NCBI GenBank assembly: GCA_964187785.1 | Contig: OZ076409.1 | Location: 99,512,001 to 99,576,000 of the forward strand | Reading direction: 5' to 3' | DNA: 64,000 nucleotides | Source of the DNA: Amphiscolops sp. MND2022 | Lineage: Eukaryota | Shown here: positions 14,375 to 24,832 of the stretch, one piece after another | Position numbering within the stretch: the first letter of the stretch is position 1 | Layout of the letters: every line of letters begins with the position of its first letter | Translations under genes and position numbers: made by a program | The notes under the pieces: generated by a model | Told to the model about the DNA's origin: nothing | The model's database searches: none | Seen by the model: the letters and a program-made list of their open reading frames with translations, nothing else

Positions 14375-14568
14375 TGTTGTATCTTGTGAAATAAGATAAG
14401 AACAAGAGTAATGCTGAAGAGTCTATTCCAATCGGTAAACGTATTTTAAAGGTTAATGAATAGGTCAGCATAGTATCGAGCAGTAGCATCTTTGACAGGT
14501 ACTAACATGTCATTGCTACTATTTACAGTATACATGTACATTACTGCATGAAGTGACGTCATGCCACA
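14375..14568 (-). repeat. Element E 5' LTR (~194 bp)
   Basis: TG...CA ends on the minus strand, abutting PBS TGGCGCAG (tRNA-Ser-like by recall). The host repeat resumes at 14569. Confidence 0.65.
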
Positions 14569-15669
14569 ATTAACATATATTCTGTTGCAAAATACCAAAA
14601 AACTCGAAAGGGGACTCTTTTGAGACATTACAAAATTGTCGAAAAAAAGTTGCACAATGCCGAAAAAAAGATCAAAATGGGGACCCTTTATTCTCGTCCG
14701 GTTTTGTAGGTTACGTTAAAAAAGTAAAAAATGAAAGGGGGGACCCTTTTGCACTAATTTCCGCTGACCGGACTTGGCCTTATGGTAGTAGTTTTAGTAG
14801 TTTCGATTGTAAGAAAAGTGGCCCAATCAGAGTGAGATTGTAGTCTGACGAAAAAAAACTAGCCACTGTAATAGTCGGGCTCTTTTCACTAGAAAAGCGC
14901 CGACTAAAAAAGCCAACATTTTAATGTCAAGTACTTTTTAAAGTAACTCCGTCAGGTCTCCATTGCTTGAAATCATGAAATCCTCTAGGAAATATCCGTT
15001 AGGTATTTGGATCATTGGCTGTTTTTATTCCAGTGCGATTCTCCAGGACTTGCTGACTCCATGGACCCCAGTAATTGGACACTAGTCATTCTATTTAACA
15101 TAAAGATATCGAGGCGTAGTTAGAATTGAGAACACAGCTCATAAAATGCAGTAGGATTGTCAGTCAGTGAAGGGATATTTGTGGCATTGAAGAACACCCT
15201 GTCTCCCATGATAAGAAGCAGAGCATGGTTTGGACGAAGGGTGAATGTGATCATCAAATAGCATCTTATGCTACTGAATGAACTTAGTCGATGGGAATCA
15301 AACATTTTTTCGTTTAAAAGTGAGTGGAAGTTTTGGAAACGGAATAGTAATTAGAGGTGTTCGAAATTGCATCGTTAAATTTTTTCATGACGTCTTCGGC
15401 TCGATTAGATTTGTTGAAATTTGTTCTAATTTGCGTCCGATTAGTCAAGTCAGCTTTTACGCAAGCGTTTTGGACTTTCTGACTGCAAACCAGGTCTTGC
15501 TAGTGACTGCGGGCCATGTGTTCACATCATCAAGCCAACGTTGATGTCCGTAAGTACAACTCCTGATCACTATTTAGACAACCTTTGGGAAAAAAATCTT
15601 TCTTTGAATTGGTTTCCTCCTACGTTCAAAATTTTCGAAACATCTCAATCGATATTTTTCCACAGGATA

Positions 15670-16213
15670 CCCAGTGTAAAAACTCTTGAAACGCTTGCCG
15701 CCAAGAGCTTGCATATTCTTACATATTCCTGTTTACTCTTGAAAGACTCGATAAGATCTTGTTTATTCTTGCTTCACATGCACCTCTTGAATTTTTTTTA
15801 TAGTATTCTTGGTAAGAGTCTTATCAAAAGTGTCAAGAGAATGGATAAGTTCTAAAACAAACAGCAATTTTGTTTACAAGTATTTTGCTGTTGTTCGCAC
15901 TACCAGCTACACTATCAATCTTTGAAGTATTGGATAAAGGACAACACAAAGAAGTTAGTTTCAGAGGGTGATAGCTTAGTTGGTAGCGTGAAAAGCTGCG
16001 GCATAATAGGTACGCTGATCAAGCTGCAGTTGGTGTCGGATTTTGTTTGTTTTCATTCACTTTTGTCAGTTCATCTCTTGAATTTCTTGGCACGATTTTG
16101 CAAGATCTTGCAAATTCGTGGATTTCTTGGTAAGAGTCTTGGCAAGATTCTTACCAAGAAATTCAGGAATATCCAAGATTCTTATCAAGAGTTGCAAGAG
16201 TTTTTACACTGGG
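15670..16213. mobile_element. MITE with 19-bp TIRs and TA target duplication
   Basis: TA|CCCAGTGTAAAAACTCTTG ... CAAGAGTTTTTACACTGGG|TA; non-coding interior. Confidence 0.85.
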
Positions 16214-17088
16214 TACCTAGTCCCGGTTAGTCCACAACGACATTACGCCTTAGCTTGTGTGGTTAAGGTGAATTATGTAACTGACGCAGTCGCACGATCC
16301 GCAGGTTTGAAAAGCGCCATCCCTCCTCTAGTGTTGAAATTCGATCCCGTTTTTATATCTCCCGATTTACCGCATGAAAAGTTATACTTAACGTTGTTTT
16401 GTTCATTAGTTGTTATTGTGCTTGTCATTAGGTAAAATGAGGCGTATAATTTTAAAATGGTATCAACAGTTCTGCGTATTTTTTGAAAAAAAGTTCCCAA
16501 AAAGAATTAATTCGTAATTGGTCTAATCATTAACGTGGTGCTGAGGAGTTCTATTCCCGGTATGCCCGTATATAAAAGATGGTTATCAAATATTTGCTAT
16601 GAAAATAAATATCAAATGCTCGCATTTACCTTAGTTGGGACTGCTGGAACTTTTTACATGCTGCAGGCCTGCATGCAGGGTAATTTTTTATAAAACCCAG
16701 AAAATTCAGTAAGGTTCCGGTGGTAAATCTTGTAGAATTACACTGTGTTTTCCATAACTGCAATTAAATTTGAAAATATTTCCCACTTCTTTTACGGACA
16801 CGATCAGGTTGTATTCACACATTGATTTCTCAAATACTCATCTGATTTAATCACCGCTTCTCAAATAGGACGCTGAAGATGACGCTAGTTTGCTGTTTAC
16901 ATTGTGAATGAAGTTAATTTGCATTAAAATGGCGGCCAAATTGTTGAGGTCTCAGCTGCATTTAAAATTAGAACTGATGCATATTGAAACTTGCAGAACT
17001 TCACGGCTTGAAATTGCCGCCAAAACTTTAATGATTCTTTAAAGCAGCTTGATAAAAGTTGGTGACGACATGGAAATATTGACGCATT

Positions 17089-18616
17089 TGTCACACCCAC
17101 CAAGATGTGATGGCTCCGTGGTGCAACTCTAGAAAGGAACAAGCAACGGTACCTCCTAAATAAACTCTTTCGAACTCATGTGGACCCGTTGATAGTGTGT
17201 TTTCTTGTGCATTGTTTTCTTTAGAAAGTCATGTAAATATTATATTTATACTATATTTGCCATGAAAGAACTTTCATTGTTGTGCTAACAAACCCTGTCT
17301 TCCCATTAAGAGTCCTTATGTTGATTAAACAATGAGTTATCTCGCCATCTAATAGTATAACTTGCAAGTTTCTGACTCATCATCATCATCATCGTGATAA
17401 TCTGCATTTTAGCATAGTACTATTATACGGTATTATGCGGATCAAGAGTGACGTATACTCGTCACTATACGGTTTTGATAATACCATTATGCGGTATTAT
17501 GCGTTTTGAGGTGAGATGTATATACGGCATTATACGTCTTTTATGATAACATTATGCGGCATCCTACGGTTCGAGTAAGAACGATTATACGTCATTATGC
17601 GGTTCTCGCAGGAATTATTGAATGATCCCAGGACGCGTTCTAATAGCATTTAGAAAGTGTTTCAGCCATATTTAGAAGTTATTTTGAGATATTTTCCAGG
17701 GTTTTGCAGTTTCTTGTCCATAACCACTTCCCATGATGTCATGTAAATGTGCTATTTTTATAATATGATGTCATTTGACGCAATTCTATTTTTGTGCTGG
17801 TTTTCATGATGACTCTAATAAAAAGGGGTGTCATGATTTTTAAAAATATTTAGTTTTGTAATATAATTGGAAGAATTCATTCAAGATTTGTCTTTCACCA
17901 AAAGCAGTTGCTTTTCAAATGATTGTAAACCTCTTCGATTTCATCACTGTAAACTCTCCGATCTTGTTCTTTTGAGATATTAAAGTCATTTCAAATTCTT
18001 CCCCAAAAGCCAGAAAACATTTTCACTTGAGACGAGATGGGAAATAGACGAAATAGACGGTCCAGAAGACCAGAAACTCCTTCTCCAGAGAGAAGTGTAG
18101 AAAGGACCCTAGTAGAAACGCCAAATACAGGTAATATAACTTTAACTAATCCTGATACTGTTGTCCAAGAAAATTAAGGTGAAAACAACATAGGAGAACA
18201 ATTAGTCGAACCCAGTCAAATCAGCACTGAGATTCAAGCTTGGACCCAAATATTTGAACAAAAGAACAACGATAGAAAAGAGAAAATGAGAGAAGAAATG
18301 GACAATAAACTTGAAACCATTCTCAAAGAAATAAAATCAAATAAAAGTGCTTCAATAGCAACAAACCCAAGGTCTGAAAATGATGAAACACGAAACATGC
18401 AACCTACGGGATCCAAAGGAAACAAGTCTATAGGAGTACACGCATCTAACAATGAAAATTCAGAAACTGAAGACGAAGATTTTCCTCTTAAGGCATCTAG
18501 AATGAAGGATCTAAAACATCCTGCAAAGCCTTTGTTTCGAGCTGAATCTGATGTAGACGTAACTATCCATTCAGACGAAGAGTCTGATGCAGAGAGCCTA
18601 GACGAGGATTATCACA
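17089..18616 (+). repeat. Element A 5' LTR (1528 bp)
   Basis: About 99% identical to 31776-33304 (~15 differences by eye); TG...CA ends. Confidence 0.95.
17421..17602 (+). repeat. LTR array of ~6 degenerate 32-bp-period TATRCGKCAYTATGCGG units (copy in the 3' LTR at ~32108-32290)
   Basis: Units such as tattatacggtattatgcgg and attatacgtcattatgcgg recur at ~32-bp spacing. Confidence 0.75.
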
Positions 18617-19728
18617 TGGTGACAGGAGCCAACCGAAAACTCCATAGACAAAGTTCTCAAAAATCAAACGACACCATTGGATCCCACGCAGACCTCAATT
18701 TACCAAATTTGACAACACAACCACCTGACCCAGTGAATCAACTTGCAATTGCAATAGAGAAATTGGCGAACAAAAATTCACAACCATCACTATTTCATCC
18801 CAAAAATACACTCACCTTCAATGGAAAAAATGAGAAAAATGAAAAATTCGAATACTTCGAAGACTTGTTTCACACAACACTTCGAATGCAACCAAACCTA
18901 ACAGAGGACATGAAGATTAACCATTTTCATGCCCACCTCAGAGGTTTAGCCCTCAAAACATTTAAAAACATACAAAGGACACCAACAACAACCCTAGAAG
19001 ACATACTCAAAGTCTTTCGCAGGAAATATGTCAAACCAGAGTCCAGTGCTTCTGCAAAACACAGATTCAACAGACTCTCATTTGACCCAGAACACCAAAA
19101 ACTCCCGGATTTCTTAGAAGAACTCCAAGAAAGTGCTGAAAAAGCGTTTGGGGAGAACGCCCACCAAATGATAGAGAACCTACTCTACGCAAAAATGCCT
19201 CCCCATCTTAAAAAGTCCATCAATCAAGCCTATCTTGAAAATGGCACTTACGAACAAATTGTTAAGCATCTCGAACGAGAAATGGAGCTTAATGGTCTAG
19301 AGGCTGACGAACCTCTCGTCAAAACCCAAATGACTGTTACAAAAAAAGAACAAATCACTGAAAAAACTAACAAAAAACCAAATGACAAAGCCAAAAAACA
19401 AACTCCAAAAACAGTACCAGACAAAACCCTCGAGAATGATCAATGCCGTTACTGCAAGGAAACAGGCCACATGATGGCTGACTGCTCCAAATTAGCTAAA
19501 CGGCGCAAACTTGAGGAAGACCCCGATGCGGAAAAATGCCACACCTGTAACACACCAGGTCACGATGAGGAAAACTGTTACTTCGGAGCCAATATGGAAA
19601 ACCGCCCACCGAAATGGAACCTGACAGAAGCACAAAAGAAAATTATAGAAGAATACAAACAAGCCAAAAAACCAATCAGACCAAAATCAGAACGATCTCA
19701 ACAATCCTCATCGAAGGATTTAAACTAG
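18037..19728 (+). CDS. gag: Element A Gag, starting inside the LTR; premature TAA at 18175-18177 in this copy
   Basis: ATG 18037 is in frame with ORF 18286-19728. The 3' LTR copy has TTA at the stop position. Two CCHC knuckles (CRYCKETGHMMADC, CHTCNTPGHDEENC). Confidence 0.9.
18617..18628 (+). promoter_or_regulatory. Primer binding site TGGTGACAGGAG (tRNA-Leu-like)
   Basis: Immediately follows the LTR's CA. Identical at 35878 in B; TGGTGACAAGAG at 42319 in C. The tRNA identity is inferred. Confidence 0.85.
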
Positions 19729-22700
19729 AAACGCCACGCCTTTACAAAAAATCTCCACAAAAACCAAACTCATCTGATGACTGGCAGCATCAGTTGAGCC
19801 CAAAACCCACAAAAGCAACACTCGTCCAAAAAGACCTGATAACAGAAACTTCTCAACAATCATTGACCGACTACCACACTGAAGACTTATACGAACTCCT
19901 CCGTGATTCACCGGACAACTACTTCATCAAACAACAAACCCACCCCGAAATTGACTCAAAACCCGATATTCACCACAATTCCCCCGTTAAAAATTATGTC
20001 ACCATTAACACTTCTTGCGATGATAAAAAACAACCTCTATTAAGTGAAGACCTCACCGAACACATACAATTTGACAAAGAACGAAACGTGTCATATCTCC
20101 CAATTTCAACTTCTTTGACATTGAAGCGAAAACGACACATGTTTTACATACCGATGGACTTCGAAAAACAGACACTTGATGGTCTTATCGATACTGGAGC
20201 TCTCACAAGTGCAATCTCCGAACAAGACCTCAACAAAATCAAGCTGCTCGCAAATGAAGCAATTAAAGAAACCGGTCCTCCACCAAACTTCCAATTTATG
20301 GTGGCAAATGGACAACTAGAAGTCCCCATTGGTACAGTATTACTAGAATTCGAAGTCGCAGACTTCATGTTAAAAGAAAACTTCATCATTATGAAAAACC
20401 TACCAAACCCCTTAATCGGATTATGTTTCCTTCGTAGAAACAATGCCATATTTGATGTCACACAAGGAATCTTAACGTTTCCTTATCTCTCAATGCAACT
20501 CAAACCCGACACACAAACAGCAATACGGCAAGCAACACCATTATTTGCAGAAAATACCTATACTCTAAGACCAGGTGAAACACTCGTCAGAGTAAGTAAA
20601 ATGCCACATTTGATGGATCATAATGCAACCGGAATAGTTACCCCATCACAACAATTCGAAAACCATGATAGTATTTTTCTTACGGCATCACTCAGCACAG
20701 TCAATAATAATGGTATCGGGTATCAAATCATCAATTTTTCGGAATTGCCATATACAATAACCCTTGACACCCATCTAGCGGACTTTAAAATTCTCACCCC
20801 CGAACAAATCAAACACATCCAACCCGTAGACCCAGCAGTACTATCTTTCATGATACAACAAGAGGAAACTACGGAAGTGTACATCAACGAACTCCTCAAA
20901 GTACCACAACCAAATTCTGAACAAGAATCGTACTGGTTTCCTACCCCGGAAGACCCAGGCGGTCCCGCAACATATACTCCAATACAACAACGTATATACA
21001 ACGAACTCCTTGAGTTAAAAGAACTCGAAAAACTGAACCCACATGATAATGAAACATCCAGGAAAACATTCCTCTCAAATTTCGACTGGACAGATACAAC
21101 ACTTAGTTCAGAAGAACGACAAGAGATTGAAGAGATTCTGGTCGAATTCCACGACATTTTCGCCAGACATCGCTTTGATATAGGGATCAACCGCGAGTTC
21201 AAAGTGAAATTAACGCCAAATGACGACAGACCAGCTTATAGTCAAAGTTTACCGACTCCCATTAACCTCAAAGATGACATCACAGTAGAACTTGCGCTCC
21301 TACATAAATATGGTATAATCACAACCTTACCATTTTCCAAATACGCAAGCCCAATTTTTGCACAGCGCAAACCTAATGGGCGCCTTAGGCTCCTTGTAGA
21401 CCTCCGGAAAATTAATAATCTCATCACTGAAGATTATGTCAACAATAACCACCCGGTAAGCACATTATCCGATGCAGCCCAACACATGGCAGGGAAAAAA
21501 CTTTTCTGCAAATTGGACTGCTCTCAGGCTTACCACTGCCTTCAAATGGCAGATTACCAATCTATCCAGATGCTTGCTTTCAATTTCGCAAGCAGAACAT
21601 TTGCTTATCGTCGCCTTGCTCAGGGCCTCAGCCGATCCCTTTCTGCATTCTCAAGCTTCATGAGGGAATACCTGGACAGAGCAATCAAAGCTGACCAATG
21701 TGCCCAATATGTTGATGACATTGGCATTGCAGCAAACGACACAAAACAATTGTACATCAAAATCAAAACCGTCTTTGAATGTATCAGAAACGCTGGATTA
21801 AAACTTTCCATGTCCAAATGTCATTTTGGAGTTAAACAAGTCGATTTCCTGGGTCGCACCATCACACCAGATGGAGTTGCCCCTCAGGCCGACAAAGTAA
21901 AAGATTTCCTCGCAAAACTCAGATTTCCAAAATCAAAGAAGGCACTACAAAGGTATATTGGATTCCTAAACTATTACCGAAACTATATACCACGCCTTTC
22001 AGAACGGCTATCCCCGTTCTTCAAACTCCTCAAAGAAACTTCCAAATTCTATGTACCAACAAACTTGGTAGAAGAATTCACAAACCTTAACAAACTTTTG
22101 GAAAACTCTTGCCAATTAGCTTTGAAACAACCATTGAAGAACAAACAACTCATAGTCATGTCCGATGCAAGTTTCACTGCAGCAGGATACGCTATCATGA
22201 TCGAAGACGATCCGAATCAAAAACTCCAATCCAGACGCAAAACATATGCACCCATAGCGTTTGGTTCAAAAACTTTCAACCCAACACAGACGAAGATGTC
22301 AATTTATGCGAAAGAATTCCTTTCTATATATTTTGCATTCGTCGAATTTGGACACCTCATGTGGGGAAGCAAATTCCCAGTCATCGTGTTCACTTACAAC
22401 CGGTCAGTAACCCGGTTTTTTCAAACGAAAATGATCCCACCAGCACTTTGGAACGCATGCGATTACGTTTTACAATACAATTTTGTAATTGCCCATGTCG
22501 CTGGCTCAATGAATACTGCTGCAGACTTCCTATCAAGGACAGAAGTCGCCCCAACAGAAAAACTAGAATTAACAGTTCGCAATGACATTCACACGAAAGC
22601 AATTGAGGTAAATATCCAGTCATCTGGAATTGCCGAGGAAGAGCAAATCTATATTCTCCCTGAAGATGAAATTGATGAAAATCAATTATGGCAGGAAAAA

Positions 22701-24419
22701 CAAAACATACGAAACCAGGCACAAACAGAAACCCACAATGAACCAGAGAATAACATCTCTGAACTCCAACAATTTCACAGGCCCACATCGGGACTAATCT
22801 CCTGTTCTTCTGGATACTTCAAGGACAACGCAAGTATTCGCCTTGAACAAAACAATGACGTAGTTCTTAGACATCTCAGAGCAAAAATTGAAGGTAACCC
22901 TTTTGACGAAAATGAATTGGCATCTGATTACAGATACCAACATTATCTACAAAACATTACCAGAATCGAGATTAAACAGGAAGTTCTCACACGAAAATAC
23001 TATACAGACACAGGAATTATCTCTCATTACCAAATCCTCCTACCAATACAACTTCTCCAGGAACTACTTCAGGCCCTGCATGGCCATAACTCAAACCATC
23101 CAGGAATCACCAAGATGATTCAAGAAGCACGCCAAAAATATTACTACCCATGTATGGCTAAATACATCAAGAAATGGGTTAGTAACTGCCAAGTTTGCAT
23201 CCAAACAAAACGCATTAACAATGACCTCCTCAGAACCGAACTCCTTAATTGTCCAGAATGGGATCTTGGACCGGAAGACATCCTGCAGATGGACATTTTG
23301 CCCAACCTTCCCCCCAGTGGAGGCTACGATCATATCATCACGGCAATAGATGTCTTCTCAAGATACTTGTTTGCCTATCCTGTGACTCGCATCACTGCGA
23401 CAGCAGTATCAAAAGTCATTATGGATATATTATGCAAACACACTTATCTCCCAACAACTATAATCACGGATCTGGGCACACAATTCAATGCACAAATAAC
23501 CCATGAAATTGCAGCAGTACTCGGAATAGAACTGAAACACGCTACAATGAAACATGCACAAACAATAGGACTCCTAGAAAAAACACATGCCTCAGTAAAA
23601 ACACACCTAAAAGCCGCGACAGGCGAATTTAGGAACAACTGGCATAAATATCTTCCTCTTGCAGTCCTTAATCACAACACGACATACCATGCGTCACTAG
23701 GTTGCAAACACTCACGAGTTTTCCATGGACGGATACCACATAATATTCTTGACTACAAACTTGGATATAATCCCAATCCAAGATACCCACAGCAAACTGA
23801 CATAGCAGAGGAAATTCAAAAACGCATGAAAATACTTCTAGACCAAACCAAGAAGAACATCATGCAATCCTACCTTAAATACAAAGCCTACTATGACCGC
23901 AAAGCGAAAGCAGCACCGCTCGAAACGACGGATTATTGTTACATTCTGAATCCCAAGGCTGACATTCAGGCGACAAAAATACCGTTCCGAGAATTTAGGT
24001 GGTGTGGTCCTTATAAAGTTGAAAAAGTCCTCCCCAACAATAATTATATTGTCAGGAGACTAGGGACTAACAAAACACAACTACTTCACAGGATTCGTTT
24101 GCGCAAATTTACTCCGCAAGCGCCCTTAGCAGACATTTTTGTCCGAGAAACCGATTGGCAAAAAGATGATCAAATCCCAATAGCAAATGATGACCTATAT
24201 GCCCAATCGTGGAACACGAATTTTGGATCTAGCCCGTTTGACGATGATCCAGTAGAATATTCACAGAATAATGATGATACCGAATACATCCCGATTCAAA
24301 CACCTGATGATAACCGCCCTCCCTCCCCTGGATCTTCAAAAAATAGCGGGGGAGCCCAGTGGAACAGACCACTGAACCTGAAAGAGAAACGAGCAATGGA
24401 AATACACAAGAACCCATGA
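19614..24419 (+). CDS. pol: Element A Pol (PR, RT, RNase H, integrase with GPY/F); frameshifted tail probably extends to 24606
   Basis: LIDTGA, YVDD, SDAS, ADFLSR, H..HPG...CQVC, MDI...TDLG...E, WCGPY. Confidence 0.97.
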   Translation: MEPDRSTKENYRRIQTSQKTNQTKIRTISTILIEGFKLETPRLYKKSPQKPNSSDDWQHQLSPKPTKATLVQKDLITETSQQSLTDYHTEDLYELLRDSPDNYFIKQQTHPEIDSKPDIHHNSPVKNYVTINTSCDDKKQPLLSEDLTEHIQFDKERNVSYLPISTSLTLKRKRHMFYIPMDFEKQTLDGLIDTGALTSAISEQDLNKIKLLANEAIKETGPPPNFQFMVANGQLEVPIGTVLLEFEVADFMLKENFIIMKNLPNPLIGLCFLRRNNAIFDVTQGILTFPYLSMQLKPDTQTAIRQATPLFAENTYTLRPGETLVRVSKMPHLMDHNATGIVTPSQQFENHDSIFLTASLSTVNNNGIGYQIINFSELPYTITLDTHLADFKILTPEQIKHIQPVDPAVLSFMIQQEETTEVYINELLKVPQPNSEQESYWFPTPEDPGGPATYTPIQQRIYNELLELKELEKLNPHDNETSRKTFLSNFDWTDTTLSSEERQEIEEILVEFHDIFARHRFDIGINREFKVKLTPNDDRPAYSQSLPTPINLKDDITVELALLHKYGIITTLPFSKYASPIFAQRKPNGRLRLLVDLRKINNLITEDYVNNNHPVSTLSDAAQHMAGKKLFCKLDCSQAYHCLQMADYQSIQMLAFNFASRTFAYRRLAQGLSRSLSAFSSFMREYLDRAIKADQCAQYVDDIGIAANDTKQLYIKIKTVFECIRNAGLKLSMSKCHFGVKQVDFLGRTITPDGVAPQADKVKDFLAKLRFPKSKKALQRYIGFLNYYRNYIPRLSERLSPFFKLLKETSKFYVPTNLVEEFTNLNKLLENSCQLALKQPLKNKQLIVMSDASFTAAGYAIMIEDDPNQKLQSRRKTYAPIAFGSKTFNPTQTKMSIYAKEFLSIYFAFVEFGHLMWGSKFPVIVFTYNRSVTRFFQTKMIPPALWNACDYVLQYNFVIAHVAGSMNTAADFLSRTEVAPTEKLELTVRNDIHTKAIEVNIQSSGIAEEEQIYILPEDEIDENQLWQEKQNIRNQAQTETHNEPENNISELQQFHRPTSGLISCSSGYFKDNASIRLEQNNDVVLRHLRAKIEGNPFDENELASDYRYQHYLQNITRIEIKQEVLTRKYYTDTGIISHYQILLPIQLLQELLQALHGHNSNHPGITKMIQEARQKYYYPCMAKYIKKWVSNCQVCIQTKRINNDLLRTELLNCPEWDLGPEDILQMDILPNLPPSGGYDHIITAIDVFSRYLFAYPVTRITATAVSKVIMDILCKHTYLPTTIITDLGTQFNAQITHEIAAVLGIELKHATMKHAQTIGLLEKTHASVKTHLKAATGEFRNNWHKYLPLAVLNHNTTYHASLGCKHSRVFHGRIPHNILDYKLGYNPNPRYPQQTDIAEEIQKRMKILLDQTKKNIMQSYLKYKAYYDRKAKAAPLETTDYCYILNPKADIQATKIPFREFRWCGPYKVEKVLPNNNYIVRRLGTNKTQLLHRIRLRKFTPQAPLADIFVRETDWQKDDQIPIANDDLYAQSWNTNFGSSPFDDDPVEYSQNNDDTEYIPIQTPDDNRPPSPGSSKNSGGAQWNRPLNLKEKRAMEIHKNP
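19719..19728 (+). promoter_or_regulatory. -1 ribosomal frameshift heptamer T TTA AAC directly before the gag stop
   Basis: Canonical X XXY YYZ in the gag phase; pol lies in the -1 frame. Confidence 0.8.
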
Positions 24420-24832
24420 TCATGTAACAGATTTACCACAAAAAACCCAAAAAGACAGAAATATCACACCTGAAATTGATATCCAAAGAACCCCAGAAAT
24501 TCCTGAAAATACCCCATTGCAAGAAGAACCCATAAATACTCGTGGTGAAAAATACAACTTGCGCCCAAATCCTAACCCAAACTACTCTGACACATACAGA
24601 TACTAAAAGACAACTTCTATACTCTGACTCTCCTTACCTATAATAATAAAAAGAACTGCAAAGAAATTCTCCTCTTATCTTCTATCTTTGAAGTGCACCT
24701 CAGTGCATGAGTTTGTTTCTCGTTTTTGTAGCAATAATACACCAAGAATCATCCAAATAAATACACTGGATGTATCAACATAAAGTAAACACAACAAAAG
24801 AAAACATAGCAATTGATAACTACAACAGACAA

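Larger units (their letters stand above)
10905..14568 (-). mobile_element. Element E: 3'-truncated, decayed Ty3/gypsy retrotransposon (5' LTR, gag, PR, RT, RH; no recognisable integrase or 3' LTR)
   Basis: LTR TGTGGC...ACAACA followed by PBS TGGCGCAG, gag with CCHC, protease IIDSGS, RNase H TDAS...GFASRFL...ELELLA...TDH. Confidence 0.85.
10730..14910 (+). mobile_element. HINE/DINE-1-like copy split by element E (10730-10904 and 14569-14910)
   Basis: 5' AACAAG...AAGTCGGGGC...ctaaggctcaaaa and 3' hairpin agtcgggctcttttcactagaaaagcgccgact. Confidence 0.6.

Noticed and set aside
19614..24419. RT as a prokaryotic retron, DGR or group II intron
   Set aside because: LTRs, PBS, protease, RNase H and integrase identify it as Ty3/gypsy.
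19720..24423. Antisense and alternative-frame ORFs overlapping pol
   Set aside because: Expected shadows of a long, compositionally biased ORF.
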